A stretch of DNA of 64,000 nucleotides, taken from NCBI RefSeq assembly GCF_033153115.1, contig NW_026889778.1, positions 37,758,001 to 37,822,000 on the forward strand. Reading direction: 5' to 3'. This document shows positions 38,793 to 52,758 of this stretch, piece after piece. The notes beneath the pieces are model-generated. The model was given only the letters and a program-made list of their open reading frames with translations, did no database searches and had not been told where the DNA came from. A program made the translations under genes and the position numbers. Origin of the DNA: Saccostrea echinata (taxonomy: Eukaryota). Each line of letters begins with the position of its first letter. The stretch's first letter is position 1.

Positions 38793-41700
38793 ATGGCGCT
38801 CAGTTCAAAACAGGAATCGAAGCAGAAAAGTTTGGCAGTATTATTCAGAAAAAAATTAGATGTAAAGTGTTTACTTGATTTTTTTTAAAACATATTTAAC
38901 AATTTTAGACTATATGCCATAAAAACATAGGCAACAAAGAAATGTAGCTGCAACAAGATCGAATTCACTGACTTTTTAGAGATATTTTTAGCTGTGATAG
39001 TCGGTTTAAGAGCTCTACAGAGCTCATGTTCATTGTTAAACTTTGTAAAAAATGCCGACTTTAAATAAAATTTACTTACTTACTGACACTGTGTTCTAAA
39101 TCATTATCACGTCTATAAAAAGTTTTGCTTAGAATTTGCAGATTTCAGATCAAATTTCTTTCTGACACAAGTCAAAGAGAGACAACTCATTTATGACTTC
39201 AGTTCATTGATAATTTTGTTGTACTTTGTCATATATCATACTTGGTCAAGTCATGGACAAGGGAGGTACTGATTATACCTTTATTCAGTCTCAAAGGAAT
39301 GAAAACAAATTAGCATGTAATGACATAAATACTTTTCGTGTGCCGTTGTTGTCTCTTACTAGACTTTAACGTTTCTCACCTCGCTGGAAGGTGCACAAGT
39401 CAAAAAAGAACAGTTTTTGGAAGAGATGGCAGTACAAAAATTTTAATCTCGACGAATCTCGCTGAGATTATGATTGATCACCCATGCAGAAAAAAATTTC
39501 TAAAAAAGATTTATACAATCTTGTCTACTTTCAGTGAAATAGTTGAAGAGGGAAATGAAGTAAAATACCTTGAACATGAAGGGCTTGCTCATAATATTGC
39601 ATACTAACACTTCAAATAATGCTTGTTGTATGAATAAAAAAAATCTTAAAAATTATTTCAATTTTTTATTAAATCAGTTTCAGTGAATGTCAGTAAGTTG
39701 TCGTATCCATGAATTGTTCATTCCATGACTTAATATGTTATCTATAAGTTGTCATACTGAGAAGTCACATTGATGAATTTCTTCAATGTTGGAGTTTTCG
39801 ATGAGTTGTCATGGACCGAAAATCAACACATTTTCTTAATTTTATTTTCTTAAAATGCATCAAATAAAATAAATCTAACATGTTGACATCAGAACATGGT
39901 ATATGAATGTGTAGATAAGAATTATCAGCCCCAGTTTATTTTCAAATAATTGCTACATTGTCATCACAGGGAATTATTTTATCTTTATATCGGCTCCTCA
40001 GGACAAAATTATTTTAACGATGGAAGATTCTTTCTACATTGAGAACCATGAAGCTATGATGATGTATGATATGCAAAATACTCATTGCTTACTTATAGTT
40101 GCAGTTTTTGTTTGAGTTGATGTTGTTACAAGTCAGTCAGATTGCAAGTTGCCTAGAAAGAACCATTGATCCTTATAACATGAAAGCAAAAGAAGTTCAG
40201 TTTAGAGGACCGTCCAATATGCAGAAGCCAAAAATAAATGTGGAAAACAAGTATTTCCACAAGATTTCACTTACAAAACTTTTTCATTGTGATTTGGTAT
40301 CCAAACATTACAAGCTAAAAGAGTAAATATTTGGTGTGCCTCTTATTATGAAGTTAGAATTCTCTCTAATGGCAAGTGATATTTTCTTATTGTAGAAGCT
40401 GGGGTGCCCTTATACAGAGGGTGTGTCAGAGTCCTGGATCTCGGAAATGATCTATAAGCCGGGAGAACCAAGGATCAAACTACTTCAATGGCTCTTCTCT
40501 AAGTAAGTGTATAAAGTGCAACTTCTTCATTTAAAGTACATGGTCTTGTGGGCATCATCTTACTGATACAGTTACACTTTATACACTTCTTGTAAGTGTA
40601 TAAAGTGTAATGATAAGTGTATAAAGTATTTCGAAGGACCTTAGACAGCATTGTAATCTCATGTCTTTAGTGTCATGTTCAGCATCAAAAAACCATCTCA
40701 TGTTTTCTTTCAATTGCCCTGGATTTACTTGCAATTAGACCCCTTTATCATTGCATCCAGGTCAGTTTCACTGCATTTGGGATGCAAATACATATGTACA
40801 TGCATTAGATTGAAGTTTGATATTTTTATCAAATCTAAAGAAACATGTTTTGATTATGTTGATGATAATGATAATAATTGCCCTGATTGATATGGATTTT
40901 TTTTTTTTCAGATTTGATTCCAAGCTCCATGAATACATTGAACCAAGGTTTGATACTGCTGAGTCCAAACTGGACTCGAGAATTCAACGTAAGAGATCAA
41001 CTACTGTAAAATCACTCATTTTCATGGGGTCAAATTTTTGTGGTTTATGAAAAATTACCTGTTTCAGGGGATTAGAATTCATGGTGAAAGGAGAAAAATC
41101 ATACTACAGTATGAGATCATGTCTACTACAGTATGAGATCTGAACATTTCGTGGGTCTTTTCATTCATGAAAACATCAAAAAGTACCCACCCCTCCCCCC
41201 TCATAAAAATGACTGATTTCACAGTATAAAAAATTACATTTTATGTAAACCTAATTCAGTGTATGTACAATAATTACTTGAGATTTTGATAAAAGAACTA
41301 GATTGAACAGTATGCAAAGTTCAAGAATACTTATTACCGTAATGCTAATCGCTATTTTTCTCATTCAAAAAAAAAAAAAAAAAGAAAAAAAAATAGATGA
41401 AATTAATCAAACTACAATATTTATACATGAGTTTGAACAAACTTTTATTGTTTTAATCCACTGTTTCCTTGATACCAGTATAATGTAAATGATGAATGAA
41501 CTACATGTTAATACCAATGTAAAGGCATAAGTTAAGACAGGGGAATATTTTACATGAAAAAATCCTCACATAGTGTAAAGTACCCCAGCTTTTACTAAAT
41601 GTAACCATGTAATGTACCAGCCAGGTAGTATTTTTTTTAACAATATTCTTCATGAAGGTAAGGAAAATCGAGTTTTGCTGCATTTCTTATATTCTGTCAC

Positions 41701-44700
41701 ACTGTGACAGAATATCACTTTTAATCAATAAATATATTACAGTATTTTACTGTTGAAAATGTAATAAATAGAGGATATTCAATGTTTTGTAGATTTCACG
41801 AGTGCGAAGCACGAGTGAAAATATAAAAAAAAATCCTGTCTCACGAGTGAAATAAATTCCATATTCATCTACAAAACATTGAATTTTTGTCTATTACGTT
41901 TTTTGTAATTTTCCCTTTGCCTCTTTCTTTTCTTAACACAATGTCATAGGCTTCACATCATAGTTGAGCGGTTGAGACGTCATAGCTTACCATTGAAAAC
42001 ATTACATAGCATGGATTTTAGCAACTTATTTGGGAAGAAATTTGCAGTTTTAGCTCTATCAAGATGGTTAATTACTATCTCTATCTTATGACAGGCCAGA
42101 AATTATTTTTTACTTACTTTGATATCCTTTCACGCTGTGAGAGAATATCATTTTGGTATCCTTTCACACTGTGAGAGAATATCACTTTTATTCATTATAT
42201 AAATCACAGTATTTCACTGTTGAAAATGTAATAAATTGTATGATATGTTGTTTTCGTGTCTTAAAGTATGAAAAATACACTGCTAAAGACACAATAATTA
42301 AAACATGCATCATCTGTAAGAAATGTGATACTCTGTGTTTTAAAGTGATACGAGGATGTTTTTTTTTTACTATGTAGGTTTACTCTTTGTGGCTTCCACT
42401 CTAGGATTCTGTAGATATGATGATGTGGATTTGATCAGGGTATGTCATATGTATATATGTGTACTATGAAATCTGTAATTCCAAACAAAGTTTTTTGTAT
42501 CATTATTGATTTAATGGCAATTAAATTGACAAGTAGATTCAATCCTATAGTATATAAATGATGATATAGGAACAGGGCTCTACATTAATGTTTGTCCAAT
42601 TGTCTGTGTTTTGTTCATTTTGTGATTGGATTAGTCAATTTCCACAAATACTTGTTCAACTGGACAAGTAAACTTTTTCCCATAATACGTTCCATTTCCA
42701 TTAGTGAACTCTTCAAAATTAGAGGCGCGTTTGGTCGTCTGACTGGGACAGCATGGCATTGCAGATAATAAAAAACATGCCAATCTCAATCCAATTTTAA
42801 ATGTTAAATGTATTAGTCATTCCAGTTAAAGAATAGAAGAACTAAAAAACATGTAAAGAGAGCAAGAACCCTAAATTTATCATCCATTAATAAAAAATAC
42901 GACTTTTCCGAGGCATGTGTATTGTATTTAGATGTACCATAAGATAAATAGATACATACGATCAACAATAGATATACATGTAAATTGATATCGTTGTCAT
43001 TCCTACACTTGATGTATATAAAGTCCACAACAATAAAGTATTTCATTTGCATTTTCTTAGGAATTGTTCATCGACATTTAACATATTGTTTACATGTTTA
43101 TGTTACGTTTGTCCCAGAAATCCCGCGAGATTTGTCCGTTTTCCGACTTTTTCACAAAAGAGCGCACTAAGAAGTATAACTCTTCCATAGTGGAAATAGA
43201 ACGTATTGAATGGTATAAATATCGTGATTTTTTTTTTGAATCATGAAAATCAAATACGAAACATTCTTAAGGGCTTAGTTTTGTCTCAACCTATATCCCT
43301 AAGGGATGAGCACCATTGAGACTAGGTTAAAGACAGCAGTAGTTTATGTTTTATATCAGAAATGTTTTTAATTTCATGATCAAAAAGGTTTTTTTAAGTC
43401 AATAATATCAGTCTTGATAATGAAATTCTCTACAATTTTCTTTATATCTGTTCGGAATCAGACAGGTAAAAAATGCATTCAGACAAGTAACATTTGTTGA
43501 CAACTTCTCCAATGGACAAGTCAATGTTGAGCCCTGAGGTCTGGTTGTTGCACAGTATTTACTTGATGATGATGAACTCTTTTAAAATACTTTAACTAGG
43601 GGGTTACCACTGGGAGTAAGCAGGATGCCTTTATGGACAAACTGATAGACCTGGTGTGTATCAAGGATGCTGCAGATGACCCTGACAATAAGTCAATGAG
43701 AAACCCAAATGTGGTCAGGTAAAAAGTACAGGACTGATGTGATCACTGGTCAGGTTTGGATAAAGGTGTTAGGTAAGGTTGTTAGGAGTATAGGTGTGTC
43801 AGCTTAAGCTGTAAGTAGTACAGGTGAAGTCAGGTAAAGCAGTCATTGGTACAGGTGAGGTCAGGTAGGCTTTAAGAATTGCAGGTGTGTGTGTCAGGCA
43901 AGACAGTAAGGAGTATAGATTTGTCACTCAGGCAAAGCAGTGTGGAGTATGGATTGTCAGGTAAAGCAGTAAGGAATATGGATTTGTCTGGTAAAGCAAT
44001 AAGGAGTATGGATTTGTCAGGTAAAGCAATAAGGAGTATGGATTTGTCAGGTAAAGCAATAAGGAGTATGGATTTGTGTGGTAAAGCAGTAACTGAAGGA
44101 GTATGGATTGTCAGGTAAAGCAATAAGGAGTATGGATTTGCCAGGTAAAGCAATAAGGAGTATGGATTTGTCTGGTAAAGCAGTAAGGAGTATGGATTTG
44201 TCTGGTAAAGCAATAAGGAGTATGGATTTGTCTGGTAAAGCAGTAAGGAGTATGGATTTGTCTGGTAAAGCAGTAAGGAGAATGGATTGTCAGGTAAAGC
44301 AGTAAGGAGTATGAATTTGTCTAGTAAAGCAATAAGGATTTGTCTTGTAAAGCAATAAGGAGTATGGATTTGTCAGGTAAAGCAATAAGGATTATGGATT
44401 TGTCAGTTAAAGCAATAAGGAGTATGGATTTGTCTGGTAAAGCAATAAGGAGTATGGATTTGTCAGGAATAGCAATAAGGAGTATGGGTTTGTCTTGTAA
44501 AGCAGTAAGGAGTATGGATTTATCAGGTAAAGCAATAAGGAGTATGGATTTGTCAGGAATAGCAATAAGGAGTATGGGTTTGTCTTGTAAAGCAGTAAGG
44601 AGTATGGATTTATCAGGTAAAGCAATAAGGAGTATGGATTTGCCAGGTAAAGCAATAAAGAGTATGGATTGTCTGGTAAAGCAATAAGGAGTATGGATTT

Positions 44701-47700
44701 GCCAGGTGAAGCAATAAGGAGTATGGATTTGTCTGGTAAAGCAATAAGGAGTATGGATTGTCAGGTAAAGCAGTAAGGAGTATGGATTGTCAGTTAAAGC
44801 AATAAGGAGTATGGATTTGTCAGGTAAAGCAATAATGAGTATGGATTTGTCTTGTAAAGCAGTAAGGAGTATAGATTTGTCAGTTAAAGCAATAAGGAGT
44901 ATGGATTTGTCTGGTAAAGCAATAATGAGTATGGATTTGTCTTGTAAAGCAGTAAGGAGTATAGATTTGTCAGTTAAAGCAGTAAGGAGTATGGATTTGT
45001 CTGGTAAAGCAATAAGGAGTATGGATTTGTCAGGTAAAGCAATAAGAAGTATGGATTTGGATTTGTCAGGTAAAGCAATAAGGAGTATGGATTTGTCAGG
45101 TAAAGCAGTAAGGAGTACATGTATGAATTTGTCTGGTAAAGCAATAAGGATTTGTCAGGTAAAGCAATAAGGAGTATGGATTTGTCAGGTAAAGCAGTAA
45201 GGAGTATGGATTTGTCAGGTAAAGCAATAAGGAGTATGGATACGATTGTCAGGTCCTGTTGTGGTTTGGTTAGACCAAGGGTTAGACTGTTAAGGTATTA
45301 GGGAGTACAGGCTCTTAGGCCATAAAACTGAGATCACTTTTCAGTCTCAGTCTCACTTTTACAAAAGAAAATAACTGTGGAAAAATGAAAATTAAGATCG
45401 AATGTGAAAACATCCAAGTTTGTGGGTTTAGATTAGGTATAGACAGGTAATATATTATCTGAGTAAAAGAGCCGATTACCTTTTATTATATGCAATGCAC
45501 ATAGTGCTTTATAAATTCGTATGGCTACATTCACATATCAACATCAGTTTTGTGAGTTTGACTTAACGAAATCTGATATCATCAAAATAAGTAATTACAT
45601 ATCAAACCCCTTTTCTTTTTTGTACTGAAAATTAGTTCTGTTTTGTAACAAAGTATGCTGTAGACAAAAAAGATGTAGACACTGTACATGAAATAATATA
45701 TTTTTTATTTACTAAATACTACTCTATCATAAATTGCCTAATCTCTATTCTGTATATTGAATTATTTCATATCATACTGAGTGTGTCTTGTTATAAGTAA
45801 ATACAAGGGCACTGCAAAGTGGAGCATCCCCTCCCAAGAGAACATTGATCCAGATGTAAATTATTGTTTGCATGCTCACTCACTCATAGTCACCTGCACA
45901 CATATCCCCTCCAATTTCAATGCGAGGGGATAATAATCTAATGGAAGCAGGACATGAGGTGCTGGATGTATTGTGTTAAAAAAAAAAAATTCCCAATTTT
46001 CAGCGAGTCCATGCCACTTGAGGATCAGTTTCAACATGACTCGCATTTGATGAAAACTCTAGTCAGCCAAGAAAAAGTGGATTCCATGCTCAATCCTAGA
46101 CTCTCCCTCCTGCCGCCAGATTTACAAAGGCAGTATGAGGTCGCTATGGTGGAAAAAGGACTGGACAAAGACAGGTGTTTTATATATATATAATATATAT
46201 AAAATAAGTAGTAGAGACATATTCTATGTGCTCATGTACATCAGGATTTTGAACACTGTTGAATGGAGGCAAAAAACAACATTGTTTAAATCCTATAAAT
46301 TTGACATATACTTACAGTTAAACTTGTCTAATCCAGATGTTGTGTTTTCCAAAATCTTGTCCAATAAGATGTTAACTTAAGTCCCTTTCAGTAAATTCAA
46401 CTGTCATTAAAATGTTGTCTAATCCAGAATGTTTTCTCATCCGACCAATTTCCATGGAACCATTGATGTTCGGATTATAGACAACTTTTACTGTATATAG
46501 TTAAATTACGTTACTATTCATAAAATAACATTCCATTCCATTTCAGGCCACCTAAGCCTGATATACAGAGTCTAATGGAGTCTGCAGAAAAACTGTCACA
46601 GGATCTTCAGAGGCAACAGGAAATTCTCCGAGAAGTCAACAAAACTGTAAGATTTTGCCCATTAAACCAAATATTTCCCAATTATTATTTCCATTCTTAA
46701 AGGAGATTTCATGTAAAACAGAGCCCACATATTCTTGTCTAAAATGTTAGTCTAATCTTGATAAAATATTCCTAAATAGTGATGATTATTACATTGGAAT
46801 TATTTTTTGCTCTAAATATTATGTGAAATGTGAAAATGTCTCAAGGGAGATAACTTTTACCTTACTAGCACAATTTATAAAAATTTCTCATTCTACATGT
46901 GAAGTCATTCTTTGCAATCAGATGCAATATTAATATATTCATTTAGGTGGGATAAGCACACATAATTATAGATGAAAAGTACAAGATAAATATGAAAAAC
47001 TTTTGGAGTTAAAAAATTTCAAATATATGTAGATCTATCATGTTAAAATTTAGCAAAAGAAACAAAAGCCCTGCTGATTTGAAGTGCTTTAAATCTCTGA
47101 ACTACCAGCTGGATAGTTACAAAGAGACTGACAGCACGTTTGTAATGAAGTTATGTTCATTAATTGTGTGATGTGCTATTCCCTATTTACCTTGATGTCT
47201 TATTTCATTTCAGTTTATGTACGAGTCTCCAGATCCATCTCGAGGAGAGATTGTGAGTAAGACAATGAGTCTGGTGCTCTCCGAGTTATCTCAGCTCGTG
47301 ACAGGATTCACCTACTGCTATGAGAACGAGATGAGTCACTGGTGTAACAAATCTCCTCCCGTACTCAATGAATTAGGCCCAGCATTCAAGAGAGTTTATA
47401 ATTTACTGCAGACCTTTGTCAAGGTGTGACCAGGAATTGGATTTTTCTCTTTTTTTTTTCATTTTAAAAAAATGTTGAAATTTCTACATATAGACAAGCT
47501 TATTACTCATTTCTGGTTGGCTTCCTTTCTAAATATACACTGGCATTGATCCTTGTTTATTAAATACATATAGCCAAAAGTTGTGTTACACACTGAAAAA
47601 TAACCCAGGATGTAAACTTAGATGGGTTTTTTTCAGCTTTTTAATTCTCAGAGGAGTTTTTATGTTGCAATTTAGTATATTTTTGTTTTAAGGACCCTCT

Positions 47701-48240
47701 ATACACTAGAGGAAAATATTTTTTGGACATTGAGAAAATTATAGTGTGTAAAGGTGTACATATTGAGCTTATCTATCACATTTTCAACATAGGGTGCCTT
47801 GCATTTACCTCCAGGAAAAATGTTCAAAGACAATGAAGTACTGATGAACATAAATCACTGTTGTTTACTTAAGTGGGCAAAATACCTGCAAATGAAGTGT
47901 TCTATCTATTCATCTTGGCCTATTAAAGTGTTATGAATGCTTGATTTGATCACAAATTAAGTAATAAACTGTACATTTCAATTTATATTATTTGTGATCA
48001 AAGGGCAGATCACTCTATCTGCATAAAAATACCACAAAATCAGAACTCTCTAGTGTGCAGTGTATAGAGGGCTCTTAAGTTCAAACTTTTCAATTAACAC
48101 TTTTCTTTGTGTTTCAGCTACTGAAGGATTTTGAATCCATCAGGGACTCCTACACACATCTTAGTCGAGACACCAAACTTAATATAAAGAAATCCGTCAC
48201 CACTAAGAAAGCTAGTCTGGGCAAGTATATATTTTTCTGA
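38793..48240 (+). CDS. HAUS7: HAUS augmin-like complex subunit 7
   Basis: Exons 38793-38861, 40396-40502, 40912-40988, 42378-42439, 43600-43718, 46004-46174, 46547-46646, 47214-47423, 48118-48220/48240 join in consistent phase. KLGCPYTEG..RIKLLQWLFS and SQLVTGFTYCYENEM..CNKSPPVLNELGP match HAUS7 as I recall it. The 3' end is uncertain. Confidence 0.8.
42573..43536. mobile_element. hAT-like non-autonomous element in a HAUS7 intron
   Basis: TIRs cagggctctacatt / aatgttgagccctg and ggacaagt subterminal motifs; no intact TSD seen. Confidence 0.55.
43945..45252 (+). repeat. 30-bp minisatellite, about 40+ units, in HAUS7 intron 5
   Basis: Unit gtcaggtaaagcaataaggagtatggattt with point and indel variants. 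Confidence 0.97.
46315..46493. mobile_element. Tc1/mariner (pogo-like) MITE; related copy at ~63502-63678
   Basis: ta|cagttaaacttgtctaatcc ... acaacttttactg|ta; both copies share gtctaatcc repeats. Confidence 0.65.
47692..48074. mobile_element. TTAA-flanked TIR element (Kolobok-like)
   Basis: ttaa-ggaccctctatacact ... agtgtatagagggctc-ttaa. Confidence 0.55.
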
Positions 48241-48902
48241 TATACAACATTTCATTATAGGAAAGATACTGGAGGGCATTATTAGACAAACCTCGTCATT
48301 TAATTCACTGTAGAATAATGTTTGAAAAAGTGTCCAGTGACAATGATTTTATGACGATATTCTTATAAAGTAGAAATCAATATGTAATAAATTATATGGA
48401 GAATGGATGTCAGAATGTGAATTTTTCAAACTGATATTCCAAGGTAGGGTGGTTCCAGCTGATCTTATGCCTGCAATATCCAGATAAATGTTTTTATTTC
48501 CTCTCATCAGCAAAACATCAATCTGGCTTAAGTATCATTTCTCCACTTTATTGTATTGTATATTGTTTCAATTTCACCCTGGGTTCCAATCAATATTACT
48601 TTTACTGCTTATTTCCAGTTTAGTTAAATATATCCAACTTAGCTTGTTATCTGCATTCTCAAAATCACTCTAGGTTGTACTTTAACATACAACTCTAACA
48701 AGAGCACACTGATGTTCAAAACATAAAATGTCAGTGGGTGTATTGCCACTTGTAATTGCAATGCAGTTTCTCTCCATTCATTCCAAAAAACATTTTTAGC
48801 AATTATGTCTTCTTAGGCTAGCAGAAAATGGAGATTTAAAAAAAAATATGAGCAGAGGTTCAAGAAACTTTGAATCAATTTTATCATACTATGATCCCTT
48901 AA

Positions 48903-49681
48903 AGGTGCTTAGACACAGATTTGAAGTTAATATTTTCTCAAATTTTCTGTATAATATCACGACTTATATATTGCAATAGCATTTCACACGAAAATATAAT
49001 TAAAAACTTATTTTATCTAGAATTTATTGGAACTACGAATTCCTGGACAAGTTTGATTAACACAGCCTTGCACTTTCACAAATTTTTTCTTTATCCTTAA
49101 CATTTAAGAAAAGAAGCGGTATTTTGTTGTGTATTAATGAAAAACATTACATCTATAACCAGAAAATTCAGAGTAAAAATGTGCGAAATAAAACCCCCTC
49201 ACTAATATCGTCAGCCCGTGCTCAGTGTTGTGTACAGAGTTTAACAAATTGAATACCCTGTGAAACGTAGACTGTTTTTGTAAACAGAGCACGAGCTCTG
49301 TTATTGTTAATGTTTACGATTCACCGGGTGCGTTCAATTGTTAAACTCTGCACACACCACTGAGCACGGACTTACAATACTGTGAGTGGGTTTTGTTTTC
49401 GAACATTTCTACTCTGAATTTTCTGGATTATAGTTTTAATATTTTTCATTAATACACAACAAAATTGCCACTTTTCTTAAGTATTAAGAATAAAATTAAA
49501 ATTTGTGAAAGTGCAAGGATGTGTCAATCAAACGTGTTCAGAAATTTGAAGTTTCAATAACTACGAGATGAAATAAGATTTTTATTATATTTTAGTACGA
49601 AATGCTGTAGCAACATATAAGTCATGGAATTATACAGAAAATTTGAGAAAATATTAACTTCAAATCTGTGTCCAAGCACCT
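48903..49681. mobile_element. Kolobok-like palindromic non-autonomous element
   Basis: ttaa|aggtgcttagacacagatttgaag ... cttcaaatctgtgtccaagcacct|ttaa; the arms are complementary nearly to the centre (~49290). Confidence 0.85.
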
Positions 49682-49957
49682 TTAAAGAGATAAAAGGAGA
49701 TGGGTGAACATGACGAGCGATAAGCCTATAATGGGACAAACATGAAGATGAAAAATTAAATTTCAATTCTATCAAAATTTTCCTTGATATTTTGTCCAAC
49801 ATTAAAATATACTTTATGTAAAATCTCTACAATTTGCAAAAATCCCTCAAAGAGTGAAATTATTTGCCTGTGAAATATTAGACACACACCAAAGCGAGCA
49901 AAAAAGAGTCATTTTCTCATACTATAACACTATTTTTCGATATGAGTGGGTCTTCGC

Positions 49958-50164
49958 TCCACCTTTTTGAAAGTTAATCCTCAAAGTTTGCATAAAAATA
50001 TACATTTTTTGGTTACCAAAAATATGGAGCAATGACCCACTATCCCTTAAAAATATACTGCTCCTTTTTGAAAGTTAATCCTCAAAGTTTGCATATATAA
50101 AATATACATTTTTTTGGTTACCAAAAATATGGAGCAATGACCCACTATCCCTTAAAAATATACT
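49958..50164 (+). repeat. Tandem duplication of ~100 bp
   Basis: cctttttgaaagttaatcc...cccttaaaaatatact occurs twice in succession. Confidence 0.85.
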
Positions 50165-50266
50165 TTTATGACATAACATTCGTATCTTTTCGAGAAATAA
50201 GAAAATAAGAAGTTCATTAAGTCAAGGGTCATATCACAAACATGATTTAAATGCCACTCTTCATCA

Positions 50267-50358
50267 GGACTTTGTGTAGTCTAGTGGTTAGCGTGCTAGT
50301 CTCGAAAGAAAATGATACTCAGGGTTTTTATTGCTAGGGTTCGAACCCCACGAATACC
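50267..50358 (+). pseudogene. tRNA-like relic or SINE head
   Basis: A box gtagtctagtggtt and B box gggttcgaacccc, separated by a long insert; no good acceptor stem. Confidence 0.5.
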
Positions 50359-50570
50359 ACATTAATATTTTTTTAATAAAAGAATAAATTTTGCCGAGAA
50401 AATTGTCCTCAGAAAAGTTTTGTTTATCATAATTTCACGAATTTCAATAATGAGACAATAATAATTGTCAAAATTCCCAAACTGAACATGATTTATATAT
50501 ATCTGAAGCTATAGGCTTTCTGCACGCTATGTTCGCCCATCTCCTTTGAGACAATTCATGTGATGGAATA

Positions 50571-50738
50571 GATTTAAACCACAGGAGTTCGCATACCTAT
50601 CAATTTTACCGAAATTTTTTGTAAATAAAAAAAATATGTAATACCTATAGTGTTACTATTATAGGTATTACGTATTTTTTTTATTTACAAAAAATTTCGG
50701 TGAAATTGATAGGTATGCAAACTCCTGTGATTTAAACC
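50571..50738. repeat. Near-perfect ~165-bp palindrome (hairpin MITE)
   Basis: tttaaaccacaggagttcgcatacctatcaat...gtaatacctata is mirrored by tataggtattac...attgataggtatgcaaactcctgtgatttaaa. Confidence 0.85.
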
Positions 50739-50960
50739 AACTAGGTACAGTAAAACAAGCCTACAGCAAAGACCCAAGGCCAAACACTTTTGAATCTTTA
50801 GAAATGTTTTAAAAATGAGGCAAATGAAAATCACACTGCTATAAGTTCATTCATTACATTTAAAGCTGTAATGGGCTTAACTGTAGAGAATTTTTCAGTT
50901 ATATGAGTTACCTCTCTTTGCAGAGAGCCCCCTTTCCTCCAAATGTCAACAGAGTAGGTT

Positions 50961-50992
<32 letters not shown>

Positions 50993-52758
50993 CGGAAAAA
51001 CAGACATGAATTCAGACTTAACTTCTTGTTACTCCCACACTTTCTTTTTTAAAATTTTCATTTCACAGTAATTGACTCAACAAATATTTCACACAGTTTT
51101 CAATCTTGACAACCTTGTAACATTAGATCGAGAACCACTTTGCCATGTATGCCTGTTCATCACATTTACTCTCCTTAAAGCAAAACAGGAGACCAAGTTC
51201 ATTTCCATAATTTATTGAATTCTTCAATATGAGTATTTCATCAATTATTATTCTCATCTGGAAAATTCTTAGTAAGAAGGATCTTTTTCACCGAAAGGTT
51301 TATTTGAAGATTTCTGCTGGCAAAATATATTACATACTAACCTGAAATAAATTCAGACCTGGAAAAAAAAGCATAATATATACAGACATGTTCATAAATT
51401 CAAAATATTTATCTTTCAATAGCAACAGCAGGGCAGGAAATGTTGGAAAGCCTCCAAGAGTGCGTTACTGTTCTAGACGAATCTGTTCATCGGGGGACAG
51501 CAAATTCCAGTCACTCCATGCTGGAGGTATCCAAGCTTGCCAGATGATGGTTGTCTGCATATCTGGAGGGGGTGCAATAAATGCTTGGATTTTCACCCTG
51601 GGCTTTAAAAGGAGAGGGTATTTGTTTAGCCTCAAGAACCAATCAAATATACACTTGTGAAACAAGTGGGTTAGGACACTACATTGCAATTTTAGTGTTC
51701 AAACTCCAAATTAAATATGTTTTTCTTCAAAACATATGCTAGCACTGAATTGATGATAATTTGAACTGTACCAGAGAAACATTTCATTTGTACACATTCT
51801 CGATTGTTTATAATAAAATTGTACAGTAATACTACATGCCACTTAGGTTTTTTTTTTTGGTGAAAAATGCAAGCATACAAGTATGATTTGTTATTTGTTG
51901 TCTAATTCCGTAATGGAAAAACCATTGATCTTGAATGAACTATCTACCTTCAAAGAGGTACATGTAATGACCTAATCCCTCTTTACACTTTTCACCATTA
52001 TATGTAATATTCGACAAAATGAGTACCATACCACTTGATAATCTGATGACATCATTACGCCAGGCATTTTATTAAAAAAAAAAACAGCGGATCATAAAAT
52101 ACACTACTATTCTCAAACTTCTTTGGGCGTATGAAATTAACAATATCCAAGACTATAAAGTATGATGAAATATACCATAACTATCATGATTATAGATCAT
52201 GTATTAACCATGAAGATGATCAGTATATTACATGTACAATGTACTAAGACAAAGCAATGGTTTCTATGGTCCATGATGCCAAACAAGTCCCGAAACTTTC
52301 AAGTAAAGACAATCAACTCTCAATTTCACTTGTCCCTTTCAAGGTTTAATAAATGGGATATTCTCAGTTGGCAGTGTCAAGACTTGTAAGTTTCAGGACC
52401 GTGTTTGAAATGGTAAAAAGCAGACCATTTACCTTAGTTTAGATTGAGGAGGTACTGCACCCTATAGGGGGCCCCTTCGGCCACCTCGGTACAGTGTGCC
52501 CTTAGTTTCGATGTACGTCCTCGACTGAAAAATAAAACTTGTAGGCATTAGAATGGAATACACTCAATACATGGATAAAACACAATTTTAATAGTTTCTT
52601 AAAAGGTACATATAATTGGATTAAAAAATATTTTGTTTTAAATCGTTTTTGAATTTGAGAGTTGTTTTACACAGCTGAGCTGTTAAAATAAAATAGTCAA
52701 CTTTCAATATAGCACTGGATTGTTTTACATTTGACAAATTTCATTTTTAAACATTTTT

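Noticed and set aside
43872-45170. Repetitive ORFs (SGKAIRSMDL)n and (LTNPYSLLLY)n; superficially array-like
   Set aside because: By-product of a 30-bp tandem repeat; frames are broken by indels, it lies in a HAUS7 intron, and there are no unique spacers, so it is not a CRISPR array.
51388-51689. GC-richer patch with short ORFs on both strands
   Set aside because: No recognisable domain and no convincing splice sites linking it to HAUS7 or the HEXIM-like gene.
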